Source: Anthoceros angustus (Eukaryota > Plantae > Anthocerotophyta). Taken from it: 64,000 bases of DNA. This document shows positions 47,983-59,800 of the stretch, in pieces. Each line of letters starts with the position of its first letter. Position 1 is the stretch's first letter. The notes under the pieces are model-generated. The model was given only the letters and a program-made list of their open reading frames with translations, was not told the DNA's origin and ran no database searches. The position numbers and the translations under genes were made by a program. The stretch is taken from the NCBI GenBank assembly GCA_010909165.1, contig VJWM01000197.1, positions 248,001-312,000 of the forward strand, read 5' to 3'.

Positions 47983-49394
47983 CTACAGCAGCAGGAGCCC
48001 CGAAGCCACCAGAGCAGCAGACATGACACCCGCCACACTGACAACCAAGCCCGCAGCAGCATTGGGCGGGAGGTAATGGGTGCGGTGGTGGGTGGTGCCT
48101 TGGTGGATGGAGTAGGGGCCTTGGTGGGAGACGTGGGCGGAGTGGTGGATGGCGTGGGAGCCTTGGTTGGGGTAGTAGACGGGTCGGGACAGGGGCGCAG
48201 GGACGGGGTGGTGGGGGCAACGGAAGGCACTGGAGTTCCAGGAGCGGGATCGGAGATGCTGGGGATGGGACAGTGGAAGCCGGAGAGGGAACTGGGCTGA
48301 GCTGGGGCAGGGATGGGGGAAGCAGGAGCAGGGCCTTCTACAGCGGGAGCAGGGCCCTCAACAGCGGGGGCAGGGCCTGCCACAACAGGGGCCGGGCCTT
48401 CAACAGCAGGAGCTGGAGCCAAGGGGCCGGGAGCAGGTGCAGGGGCGAAGAGGGCAGGAGGAATGAGCACAGCATCGATGGCGTAGATGGCAGCAGGGGA
48501 CTTGTCCACAACAGTGGTCTGAACTGTAGCGTTGTTGTAGCCGGACTGGATCACAACCTGGCCTGCAATGCTGCTGATGAAGACGTTGTAGCCGGAAGCA
48601 GTGGTCTCCTCTCCACTCTCCTGCTCCAGCAGGGCTTGGGACACGTACTTGGCCAGGACATGGAACTTCAACACAAGCTGAACCTGGTCGGAGGAGAGAC
48701 CTGCAAGCGTACTCTGCACCTTGTTGAAGGCGGAGTCGGTGGGGGCGAAGAGCACCACCCCGGTCGCAGCCAGCTGCTGCACCACAACATCCAGCCCGGT
48801 CTGCTTCAGCAAGGAGATGAGCGTGTTGTACTGCCCTCCCTGGACCAGAGCGTCGGTGACGTTGGTGAGAGCCGCCTGCTGCAGCCCGATGGGGAAGATA
48901 GCGGTGCTGGCCTGGAAGACCGAGATGATGTAGCCCTGCTGGGTGATGTTGGTGACGATGGTGGCGTTGGGAGTGTTCCCCCCGGGAACTCCCAGGCCCA
49001 CAGAGCCGTCAGCCTCGTCAGTGACGTTGAGATATCCGTTCTGGAACTGCGCCCGCCCGGTCCGCTGGTACAGAGTCGCCACCAGCGCCGTCTTGTTGGG
49101 GAGGCTCCGGATGTCGTCGTAGGAGAAGGCCTGCAGCCCGGTGTGGTAGCGCAGGATGTCGGCCACCTCGGAGTCGGAGAAGCCGGCGCCGGCGAGCCCT
49201 CCCACCACGCCGTTGTTCACCACGAAGAGCGACACCGAGTTCTGCCGGTTGATCTCGTCCGCCACCCCGGAGGAGCTCAGCAGCTGGCTGAAAAACGAGT
49301 AGTCGGGGAACGGCGCCAGGACGTCCGTCACGTTCAGGGCGGACACCGCCCCGAGCAGCAGCGCAGCGACTAGGAGCTGCACCTGGAACCTCAT
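47983..49394 (-). CDS. FLA: Fasciclin-like arabinogalactan protein (signal peptide, two FAS1 domains, AGP region, GPI signal); apparent frameshift(s) in the Pro-rich tail
   Basis: MRFQVQLLVAALLLGAVSA, SLFVVNN...ILRYH, LFAPTDSAF...LKFHVL, IYAIDAVLIP, PAPA repeats. A GPI-type end PNAAAGLVVSVAGVMSAALVASGLLLL* occurs in a different frame and stops at 47983. Confidence 0.88.
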
Positions 49395-52300
49395 TTTGCT
49401 GGAGGAGAGGAGAGACAAACAGACACAAAGAGAGCCGATTCGTCAGGTACCCTTCCCCAAGAGGACGCCAAGCAAACTCACTCAGCAAGGCAATGCAATG
49501 CCGGGCAATGCTGGTATCCAGCAGCTCCAGATGCAGAATAGGAGGATGCGAGGCGGGCAGTTGAGGAGATGGAAGGCGGGAACTCGGCTGAGAAGGGGAT
49601 CGAAGAAACTTACAAAAGAATAGGGTTGGATCGCAGCGCAGCTGGCTCCCGCGGAGCTCCGATCGTCGCTGCGAGTAGAGCTCGTAGACGATGTAGGAGT
49701 GAGCTTCTGCGGCGCGTCGAGCGAGCTCGAGAAATGAGAAAGGAACAGGTAGACTGCTGTTGAGAGCGCGGCGGGGCTTAAGAAGCGCGGGGAGCTTGAG
49801 CGGCCCGATTGGCGGAGCCTGACCGGCGGTCGCGGACCGCCCGTCGGTACGCCTTGCGGTCCGTTGGCCTGACACCTCGTGCCTGCTGTTTATTAGCTGT
49901 GCTTGCGTCCCGCAAAATTACACCCTTCAACGTCTATCAGCCGCATATTTACGCTACCTACCCAGCCGCATCGCCTCACGGCTTTATTGGATGCTGTTTT
50001 TCGAAAAATTGAAGTCTGCTTTGAGCGAGAGTGCGAACTGGCGATCCCATGCATGCACCCGGTTCCGGGACCTAATTGTGGACAGACAAAAACAACGCCT
50101 TGCCTTGCTTTGCTTTGGCAGGTAGAGATAGAGAGAGAGTGCGTGTGCACCTAATCAGATTGTGGTGGTGGTAACACAATCCATGGTTGAGGAGGAGAGT
50201 TGTGTCAGATGGCAGAACGGTAATCTGGGCAGCAGGCATGTGCGCAGGCCTGAAGCCTGAAAACGGCTGCCTGGCCCGCGAGCCAGCCTGGGCTGGGCTG
50301 GGCTGTGGGCTGGTTTGTGGCCGGGCCCCGGTCACAGTTGTGTCCCACCACCTCGGAACCTGCCGGTGCCGGTGCCGGTGCCGGTGGTGGTGGTGCCGGT
50401 ATCCCGGGAGGCCCTGTTCGGTGTTCAGGCCAGTCTCCTTTCGAAATTGTGTCTCCAGTCATTGCCTGCATTCACTCGCACAGCGGACCGGGGTCCGTGA
50501 TCGCGCCGGACGCCTCCCTATTAACTCGACTCGACCGTTGCTGGCCTGGCCTGGCCTGGCCTGGCAGGAGGAAGATGAGAGTTCCATGCACGAAGCACAT
50601 GGCTGGCTGGGCTGTAAAGCGGCGTACGTACCTGGTGGGAGTGCAGTTTACTGCTTTGTACTACAATCTTCTTTCTTCTTACAGTCCAGCCTACTGCACG
50701 CTTGGGCAGGGCGCAGTCTGCGCTTGGGAATATGTACTGCTCTCGTGAGTAGTGAAGTCGTGTCGGCTCACATCTTTACGCGACTGCTGTGGGGTGCAGG
50801 AGCACCACGACAACCGCCCACCACATTGCTGGCCGATGCCAGTGCCGTTGCCGTTGCCGTTGCCGTTGCATCGCTGTGTTTAACACCGGTCATGTTCCAA
50901 AACTTGGTTTGACCCAGAAAGAGGTGAGGCGGTGGATGTTGCATACATAGGTGGACGAGACGTCTGTCACGTTCAGGGCGGACACTGCCCCGAGCAGCAG
51001 CGCAGCGACTAGGAGCTGCACCTGGAACCTCATTTTGCTGGAGGAGAGAGAGACAAAACAGACACAAAGAGAGCCGATTCGTCAGGTACCCTTCCCCAAG
51101 AGGACGCCAAGCAAACTCACTCAGCAAGGCAATGCAATGCCGGGCAATGCTGGTATCCAGCAGCTCCAGATGCAGAATAGGAGGATGCGAGGCGGGCAGT
51201 TGAGGAGATGGAAGGCGGGAACTCGGCTGAGAAGGGATCGAAGAAACTTACAAAAGAATAGGGTTGGATCGCAGCGCAGCTGGCTCTGCGGAGCTCCGAT
51301 CGTCGCTGCGAGTAGAGCTCGTAGACGATGTAGGAGTGAGCTTCTGCGGCGCGTCGAGCGAGCTCGAGAAATGAGAAAGGAACAGGTAGACTGCTGTTGA
51401 GAGCGCGGCGGGGCTTAGAAGCGCGGGGAGCTTGAGCGGCCCGATTGGCGGAGCCTGACCGGCGGTCGCGGACCGCCCGTCGGTACGCCTTGCGGTCCGT
51501 TGGCCTGACACCTCGTGCCTGCTGTTTATTAGCTGTGCTTGCGTCCCGCAAAATTACACCCTTCAACGTCTATCAGCCGCATATTTACGCTACCTACCCA
51601 GCCGCATCGCCTCACGGCTTTATTGGATGCTGTTTTCGAAAAATTGAAGTCTGCTTTGAGCGAGAGTGCGAACTGGCGATCCCATGCATGCACCCGGTTC
51701 CGGGACCTAATTGTGGACAGACAAAAACAACGCCTTGCCTTGCTTTGCTTTGGCAGGTAGAGATAGAGAGAGAGTGCGTGTGCACCTAATCAGATTGTGG
51801 TGGTGGTAACACAATCCATGGTTGAGGAGGGGAGAGTTGTGTCAGATGGCAGAACGGTAATCTGGGCAGCAGGCATGTGCGCAGGCCTGAAGCCTGAAAC
51901 GGGCTGCCTGGCCCGCGAGCCAGCCTGGGCTGGGCTGGGCTGTGGGCTGGTTTGTGGCCGGGCCCCGGTCACAGTTGTGTCCCACCACCTCGGAACCTGC
52001 CGGTGCCGGTGCCGGTGCCGGTGGTGGTGCCGGTATCCCGGGAGGCCCTGTTCGGTGTTCAGGCCAGTCTCCTTTCGAAATTGTGTCTCCAGTCATTGCC
52101 TGCATTCACTCGCACAGCGGACCGGGGTCCGTGATCGCGCCGGGACGCCTCCCCTATTAACTCGACTCGACCGTTGCTGGCCTGGCCTGGCCTGGCCTGG
52201 CAGGAGGAAGATGAGAGTTCCATGCACGAAGCACATGGCTGGCTGGGCTGTAAAGCGGCGTACGTACCTGGTGGGGAGTGCAGTTTACTGCTTTGTACTA

Positions 52301-52597
52301 CAATCTTCTTTCTTCTTACAGTCCAGCCTACTGCACGCTTGGGCAGGGCGCAGTCTGCGCTTGGGAATATGTACTGCTCTCGTGAGTAGTGAAGTCGTGT
52401 CGGCTCACATCTTTACGCGACTGCTGTGGGGGTGCAGGAGCACCCACGACAACCGCCCACCACATTGCTGGCCGATGCCAGTGCCGTTGCCGTTGCCGTT
52501 GCCGTTGCATCGCTGTGTTTAACACCGGTCATGTTCCAAAACTTGGTTTGACCCAGAAAGAGGTGAGGCGGTGGATGTTGCATACATAGGTGGACGA
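49320..52597. repeat. Direct tandem duplication, 1639-bp unit (49320-50958 / 50959-52597), containing the FLA upstream region and first ~25 codons
   Basis: Near-identical copies, with gacgtc(c/t)gt(c)acgt(t)cagg at 49320, 50959 and 52598. Confidence 0.95.
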
Positions 52598-53736
52598 GAC
52601 GTCTGTACGTCAGGAAAGAAAAACAGAGCAGACGGGCCAGGCCAGGGAAAGGGAAAGGGAAAGGAAAACTGCTTCTTTATATATGCATACATGTACACAC
52701 ACATGCATGGGTTGCATTCAGGTATGTAGCCTCGGGAAACGCAGGGTCCTGGACAAGGCAGCCCTCTGCTGAATCAGCTCACAGACATACATACCGTGAT
52801 TGGAGTGGAAGCCGCCCCGCAGGCTGCAGCTCATGTGCGTGCAGGAGTCGAGATCATGGATGCCAGTGATCAGGCAGCGGCTCCCATTTATCCCTTGCAT
52901 ACGTATCACAAGACAGCCAGGCCCAGCACACGGATGAAACAGCTGGATTCAAGGGAAGTCCCTGGAGCTGATGCCACCCACCGTTCATGGTGACTCTCTG
53001 GTTGCAGAGCAGCCAAGCCTCTTCTGACCTGCCGGGAGCCGCCGTACTCGCAAGTGTCACACAGTTTGTGGACTCCAACCTTAATGTATGTACATGTGTG
53101 CACCTCTTCTGCACCTGTGGTGGGCGGGCCGATTTACGGATTTACAGATCTTCACAGATTTACAATCTGTGCACAGCTGTGAGGTCACAGGCATGTCAGG
53201 CGTGACAAATTACATCAACCCTTCATCACTTTCTCCCCATACATGTCTCTCTACACACACTAGATACCTGCATCTCAGGGGAATGCTTCCAAACTTATGA
53301 TCTAGAGTGCGCTCATCAGCCACCGAAACGCCGTATCTGCAGGTGGGACACACAACCACTACAGGGAGTCCATCTGCCGATCCCACATAACAGAAACAAA
53401 ACTAAACAGGCACCGCTCCAACAAAACGAAAAACTAATCAGGCATCGATTTCAGGTGTCCTGGAACGTGCTCTGCCCCTACCGATACAAGAGGAAAAATA
53501 TACAAGTACTCGACCGTGGGCAGCTCCAGACCTCACTAATCCCGAGTCAATGACCAGAAACGTGTGTAGGCCAGTGGGTAACACAACCGCACCTAGAGCG
53601 TTATCCAGCTGTACAAGCAGATGAGCACCCCCTAACCAAAAGAATAGTGATAGTAGCAGTTTCCTGGAAAACGTGACGTTGTCAGTTTCCTGGAAAACCA
53701 GGCACCCTTTCCCCCTTCCCCTCCCTCCCCCTACAG

Positions 53737-55085
53737 TCACATGACATTGCAATTTTCTGGAGTTCCAGGTAGCCCTCCCTCTCCAGCCAGCTCAGAAATC
53801 CTGAGAACAGAATAAACACAGTAACTTCAGTTTCCGCAGTTATGCAGCTGGATCTGTGTAATCTAAGCATACGGACATGACCGGGGAGAGAGAACATACA
53901 TTGGCAGCCCATCCTCCCCAAGTTCCAAGCCAGGAGCCAGTTCCCTGATGATGTCACTAGGAGGTTGTCCACAGTCTTGCATGTGTTGCATCAGGTCAAC
54001 GATTTTGTGAAAGTCTTCTGGTGTGCTCTCATAGATGGTGCAAAGCTGCTTGATAAGCTCATATTGCCTGGCATAGCGAGCATAATCTTCCCTGCTCAAA
54101 CGTAATTCATTGTCTCGCAACCACTGTGGATACCTTTCCCCGATCTCCTTCATCGGTTCGTGAAGGACCTCCTTGGATAGAAGTTGACGCATCATCGTGT
54201 CCATGATCCCGTTCATGTCCTGTCAGACCAATCACACGCCATCAGCTTTGCCATTACTCTGTGCGCTACAGACAACTTCAGTTAACAAAATCAGCCGTCA
54301 AGAATATCCAGCTACTACACTACGCGATGAAGAAATCTGCTCAGAACGTACCTCAGATCTTCCAAGGTCTTCAAACTGCTTCACAAGATTGTTAACCAAC
54401 GCATCTCCAAGAGCGTCCTCATCTTTTGTACAATCGATGTTCTCCACGGCCTGCCTTGTCTCATCCCTTAGCTTCTCCAACGTTGCTCTCTGATCAGATG
54501 CAGAGGGAATTTTAGACTTGCTGGAAGAACGGTTTCCCACTGTCTTGGAGGCTGGACCTTTCGACGCTGCTCCCTTTCGGATGGAGGATTTTTTCTTCAG
54601 CTCAGGTAAGCCCAGTCCCAAACCTTGCCCTAAAGTAGCTCCATGTTTGCCGGCAAAACCACCTGCTTCCTTGACACTAGCTGCTTTCCCGGTTGAGCTG
54701 TCCGCACAGAACAGACGAAAAGCATCATGCATGAATGACACCCATGCTACAATCGAAGCATGTGAGCAGACGGTGAAAGGCACACCAACTTCTATAACCT
54801 TCAGAAAAACGGGGAGCTGGAGGAAATACTTACGTGGAAGCTTTCGTGCTCAACTCAACCTTCTGAAGCTCATCCAAGACACCTGTAACATGAGCGAAGC
54901 AGAATTGTTAATTCTCCAGCTCGTCATGCAGAGGCTGTTCCAGATCCAACAGCGACCGACGGTGTGCGATCCAAGACAACCCGGGATGCAGCTGCACTGG
55001 AAAGCGAAGGAACATGAGAATCAAACTCACTGTCAAGCAAGTCATCCAAATCCTCCACCGCTTCAGCTCCGCGTTCTCCTGCCAT
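53737..55085 (-). CDS. PEX19: Peroxin 19, multi-exon
   Basis: MAGE...EDLDDLLD, LVKQFEDLG, IMDTMMRQLLSKEVLHEPMKEIGERYPQWL, MQDCGQPPSDIIREL, terminal CaaX box ENCNVM*. Confidence 0.93.
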
Positions 55086-55484
55086 GGCCAAACCTCGGAC
55101 CGCAGCAAATCCAAGAAAGACGCGGTGAACAGGGCGCGCTCACAGGTTGGGAAAAGCAGCCGAGAGCAACGCGGCAGTCGCCATCCATCAACCTACGTAG
55201 GATGTGTTTTTGCCTCGGCCATCTCGGCGGAAACCTTGCCGTCTCGTCCACTTAATACAAAACGTTATGGAACGAGTCGACTTGCCATTTGTAGTCCATA
55301 AACCTATCCGGTTCGTTAGTTCCGATTCGTGGCATTACGAACAAGGGTTTTTTTTTGAAATACGAACGAGTTCTTTCAGTCTGACGCTGAGTGAATCTTG
55401 GTTTAGCTTGATGTTGTGAATCGTGAATCGCTTGAGGGCGCTGGATACCGAGAAGAGGTGAAGGGAGGCAGGCAGGCAAGGGCA

Positions 55485-56331
55485 ATGGGCACGTTACAGC
55501 AGCTGGCTTACTGGAGGGGACTGTCTCTGCGTCCCCGCCCTTGCCACACATCTCGCAGCTGCTCTGACGCTGGTAACACCTGCTCAGATTTTGATTTCAC
55601 ACCGAGCGTGCCGCTTCTATGTTGCCTGACACTCATGGTATCGGGCAGGGATATTTCCGATGCACTGTGCCAACAGATCCAAGCCACTCAACTGCAGAGC
55701 TTGTGCTCCGGGGTGTAGCCATCCGTCATCAGTTGACAGCACCGGGCGGGTTTGTCGCAGGTCTTTTAGCTGTGCGGTGATTCTCTCCTTCGCATCTTTG
55801 CTACCTGCGCCGTGGCAGACAAGCTACGCAGCCGAAGAGGCCGCAGCATCAAAGGAGAATCTGGGAACTAGCGTTCTGGACAGCGTACTATCGTTTTTCG
55901 ATTCCGAGGAAGCCACAAAGAGTGGAAGGAAGTTGCCTAAGAGTTACCTGCAAAATGCAAGGGAGGTGGTTAAGACTCTGAGGAGTTCCGTGGATGCGGA
56001 GTATACAGATGCTGCGACATTCAGGAGGAACGCCGACTCTGCAAAGGAGGCAATACGGAATTATGTGCAAAACTGGAGAGGAGACAAAGCAATGGCCAAG
56101 GAGGTAGGATTATCTAGCAGCTTTCTGGCTTTATGCGCCTTCGCGCAGTCCACACAACCTGTAGATTCCCCGTTATTGACGTCGATTTTGCAGGAGTCCT
56201 ACTTGGCTATAGAACGTGCCTTGCGCGTTCTTGGAACATTCTACCAGAAGAAGGGACCGAATGCTCAATTGCCACAAGACGTGAAATCTCGTATTCTTGA
56301 AGACCTCAGCATTGCAGACGCCGCTCTCTAG
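55485..56331 (+). CDS. PSB27-H2: Photosystem II assembly factor PSB27-H2 (LPA19-like), lumen-targeted, two introns
   Basis: Twin-arginine-like RR signal, FFDSEEATKSGRKLPKSYL..AREVVKTLR, FRRNADSAKEAIR.Y..NWRG, ESY.AIERALR.L..FY.K.GP.A.LP. Confidence 0.88.
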
Positions 56332-56829
56332 ATTGTCTTCCTGGTTCATTATTCTCGTGCTCATGTTAAAGTAGAGTAAGGTTCAAGGTCCTCTACACGG
56401 GTTCTCGGCTCACTTCCCAAAGTTGGTTGCTGACCACGATTTCCATCGTCCACGCTGTCTACAAGCGGACGGGACAATGCTCAACCCAATGTGGCTATAC
56501 CACAAGCCATGCCATTCATACGTAGAGGAAACATTCCCACCAAATTGCAGATACTTGCGATCAATCTAAGCCACAGAAATAATCTGTTCCTAACTGATGC
56601 CGGAAACCAGGGCCCTACAAATCGGCCGGCCACCCCCTTACCCTACCCCTCCTACAAAAAAAAGCTATATGGTCCAATGTCTTCTTTCGCTTGTGACCTG
56701 CTAGCCATCCGCTCTACTAATAGCTCCGGTAGCAGCTCATCGACGTCCCCACAACCATTTAAAGACTATATCCGACCAAACCACAATCTCTACGTCACAT
56801 TTCCCCTGGATCATAACAGTCAAATGAAC

Positions 56830-59800
56830 CTAATAACCACCCATGGGTGGCATGCCATAAGCTGGTATACCCGGAGGCATATATGCAGGCATGCCCCCGT
56901 CGTATCCCCCACCCATGCCCGGCATGGGTGGAGCAGGCAATGCCAAGGGTAGAAGTTGTGCGTACATGTTCTGCATCCATGATCCACCACAGTCAGAAAG
57001 GGCAGATGTGCAAACAGCTTCTACTGGAAAACCCAAACAACGTCAGGAGCAAAAGGTCTACCTGCTGAGCCACCATATCTTTCTCGTCAGCTTCTTTAGA
57101 TTTGACCTCTGCTTGGGATTCTAACTTGTCTTTCACAAGGTCGTCAACCTTACCTGTGTACTCTCTCAAGAACTGCAAAGTGCAGAGTCAAGGTTCAAGC
57201 GTTAGGGTCAACATACAAGATCGGTATGTCAGACCTTAGGCAAGGATGAAAGTTCACGACACTAACCTGCAAAATAAATGGGAAAGCAAAGTCGAGCATG
57301 TTGTTCAGCCAGGCAAGCTCCAAGGCAACATCTGCCCGTATCAAATCGTAACATGTGTACAAGCAAGATGCAAAGCACTCCTTCTTTCCCTGCAAGCCAT
57401 TAACACAAGTTTCCAGTGATAAGAACCCCTCTGAGGACCAATCCCGCCACTTCCAGTTAACCAGGAATTGCGGGGACTAACACAAACCTGCTCGACAAAG
57501 AATGTTAGCAACTCTTCGGCAAGATCCCTGTCACCCGATTGAGAAACTGTTTCCATCGCATCCTTGTACAAATTATCCTTCTTAGAAAGAGCAACAGATT
57601 GCCTCCATCTTCCTGCTTTTTTATAAATGAAAGCAGCAATTCTCCGAAACTCCAGGAGCTCATGCTTTTCAACCTGGCAGCACGCAACAGGTGTTAAGAT
57701 CACAACTTGGAACAAAGCAAATGCTAATGTCAATGTAAAACCCCGGAACAGTTCAGCCGAGAAAAAATACCCTTTGAGCCAAAGATATCTGATCGAAGTT
57801 ATCATGAAGGTCAATGGATTCCCTAAGACGGTCAAAGTCCTCCTCTTCAATGTAAAGACCATTCAGGGCCTCATTCACTGCACTGACATTATTGCTCTGG
57901 ATTGCTACCATGTAGGGCTTGATGAGGGGAAGATGCTTCTCCTGGAACAACATGGTCGGTACAGCGTCAGGGCAATCACACATGACCTGGAAGAAAAAGG
58001 AGGCTATCTTCACCCTTAAAAGGCGTCATATGGGAAAGCCAGAACCATGCACTTAAGCACACCGAGTGAAGCACAAAGTGCCGGTTATCCCATGTAGGGG
58101 CGTTTCCCTTGATTTCTCACCTTGCGCAAAATGTCCACAACTCGAGTGTGGTCAACTCGAGAAGCTAACACATTCAGGAGGTCATTGATAAGGTCTGGAT
58201 GCTCATTCAAGTAAAATTGAACAGCCCTGTAATACAGCTCCACGTTTGCAACCTTCACAGAGACATCCTTAAACTGCATATGCTCCCATGCCTCAGGGGA
58301 ATGGTTCATGATGGTGGCTGCTGCATTGTCAAACTCATCATATTGAATATACAAATATGTTAGCTCCTTCCAATGTTGCTGTTCCTCACATACACGAATC
58401 AATTTCGGAATGTTGATTCTTGTGGAGAAGAGTTTCAGGTGCTCCATGAGCTTCTCATGGCGGTATCTCGCATACAGTGTGCCCAACTCAGTAAAGATGC
58501 CCATGTGAGCACGCTCAAGGCCAAGCCCACTTTCCATGAGAGTAATGAGTTCTGAAAAGTGTCCCCTGTTTTGATAGTAGCTACTGACTTCCTCCAAATC
58601 ATCAACCTGTTCCCATTCAGTGTCACGGTCAATCTTGTTAGGGGACATAAAGATCAAGGGCAGTCAATCATCCAGAAAGCTGCAAAATGCGTAAAACATC
58701 TGAGATAGTTGCCACTGCCCTACCTGGACAATAATGTTGAGACCACATTGTTGGGCGAGTCTGAATTCCTCAGCATCCACACAAGCAAAGCATACTTCCT
58801 TCCAGGTCCGGGAGCTGTTTGCCTTGCGGGCAGCCTCCACAGCTCCTTGGAACTGAAGGAGTTTAACAAGTGTACTCGCGAGCCGGGCCCAGTTTGATAT
58901 ATGAGTGAAGATTATCTTAGCAGCTTCATACAGGGCTTCATCAAATAATCGGTCACCCACAGTCTGGAGGTTGGCAACATTGGGCTGCACAATAAATTCT
59001 TCAATCTCTCCAAGCTTGTCTATCTTGGCATAGGCATAGATCAATTCTGAGTCCACTCTTGGCTCCTTGACCTTCTTGCGAACCATCAGCAAGTACTTCA
59101 CAAGGTCCTCATAGGCATTGACTTGCTCAGCAGCTCTGATAACTTCCACAAACTGAGTGGCATCATTGGCCCGGATAAATGACTCAATTGCATCACTAAC
59201 CAACCCTTCTCTCAATTGCGCTTTACCCACTTGACTCCACACATCATCCTCCTCTACACGAGAGGCAAACTCAACAGCACGATCAATGCTCTTGATGTTG
59301 TCGAGAAGAACATTAACTGCCTGTACATTGAGGTTGAACTTCTTGAAAATGGCAAACGCTTCCTCAAACAGCTCAGATCCCACAGCAATCTCTCCAACTG
59401 CAGGTCCATCAAAGTTGTCAAGGCGATTAACATAGTCCATGACCCTCGATTTGTCCGCCTTAATAGCAGTGAGTATAAGGAGATTCTGAAGATTGGGATT
59501 GCCACTGAAAGCTGAATTTTGCAAGACAATTTTCTCCAGCAACTCGATCAGTTCATGAGGCAAATCAGCAGTCATGAAAGCCTTAACAGTGGCAGACACC
59601 TGCTCTGGATTTCGACTTTCTGGAAGTGCAGTGGAAACCACTTGATCGATAAGTTGTCTCCTGAAAGGATTCTCCGGATCAAGGACTTTGGCCCATAGGT
59701 CAGATTCCATGCGCTCCACAACATACCTGCCAGAGGAAGCCAGCCATCAAGCTCTCAGAAAACACAAAGAATGACATACAACACATAACACTGAGGCAAC

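Noticed and set aside
48273-49373. 366-aa + strand ORF
   Set aside because: Antisense of the GC3-rich FLA coding sequence.
50187-52522. Paired 241-aa ORFs in the duplicated region
   Set aside because: Frames are not conserved between copies, and the sequence is microsatellite-rich upstream DNA without domain motifs.
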